A DNA stretch of 64,000 nucleotides from Trueperaceae bacterium. GTDB lineage: Bacteria; Deinococcota; Deinococci; Deinococcales; Trueperaceae. A model generated the notes under the pieces. The model worked only from the letters and a program-made list of their open reading frames with translations. It was not told where the DNA came from and ran no database searches. How positions within the stretch are numbered: position 1 is the first letter of the stretch; every line of letters starts with the position of its first letter. A program made the translations under genes and the position numbers. The stretch covers positions 3,296,001 to 3,360,000 of the forward strand of contig OZ243913.1 of assembly GCA_965213705.1 (NCBI GenBank), written 5' to 3'. This document shows, in pieces, positions 63,828 to 64,000 of this stretch.

Positions 63828-64000
63828 AGTCGTCGCTCTCTCACAAGTTTGCAGCCCGTGACGTCGTTTCCGCAAGCAAGGCGCTCGAACGACCTACTCG
63901 TAAACCCGTACTCATAAACCAAAGATACTACAAGAAACCCGTTTTCGGAAAAAGTGGGAACGCAAAAAGCCACCCACACCTCACAAGAGTTTTGTAAGAC

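Overview
A GC-rich bacterial chromosomal segment, most likely Deinococcota (Truepera-like). That placement is inferred from the cinA-recA-rny block, a TCHKT-type atypical bacilliredoxin, uvsE, many apparently leaderless genes and strong CTCGAG enrichment. Main content: the selenouridine pair (mnmH/selU end, selD); a 7-gene glycoside hydrolase/glycosyltransferase/glf cluster; general-stress and DNA-repair genes (YciF-like, SDRs, endonuclease III, uvsE); ktrBA; glgC-pgm-pckA and ppsR/ppsA; an iodotyrosine-deiodinase-like nitroreductase; a urate/allantoin catabolic operon; ABC transporters; and a MoxR-like ATPase/VWA pair. The most unusual part is an AT-richer island of about 1.05 kb (47.6-48.7 kb, minus strand). 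It contains a 115-nt tRNA-like RNA with a perfect acceptor stem, a class-II-like D-arm and a canonical T-arm, but no normal anticodon loop and an oversized variable arm. This RNA sits directly upstream of two integron-type gene cassettes with well-formed attC sites, and no integrase is present in the window. The first cassette carries the 3' stump of a PIN-family toxin plus its small partner gene. Also seen: an orphan Imm8-like immunity gene, a candidate anti-SD sRNA between the ATPase and cinA, a dispersed heptamer-built palindromic repeat family, and repeated 15-18 bp micro-duplications. All product calls come from motif recognition by eye; no database search was run.
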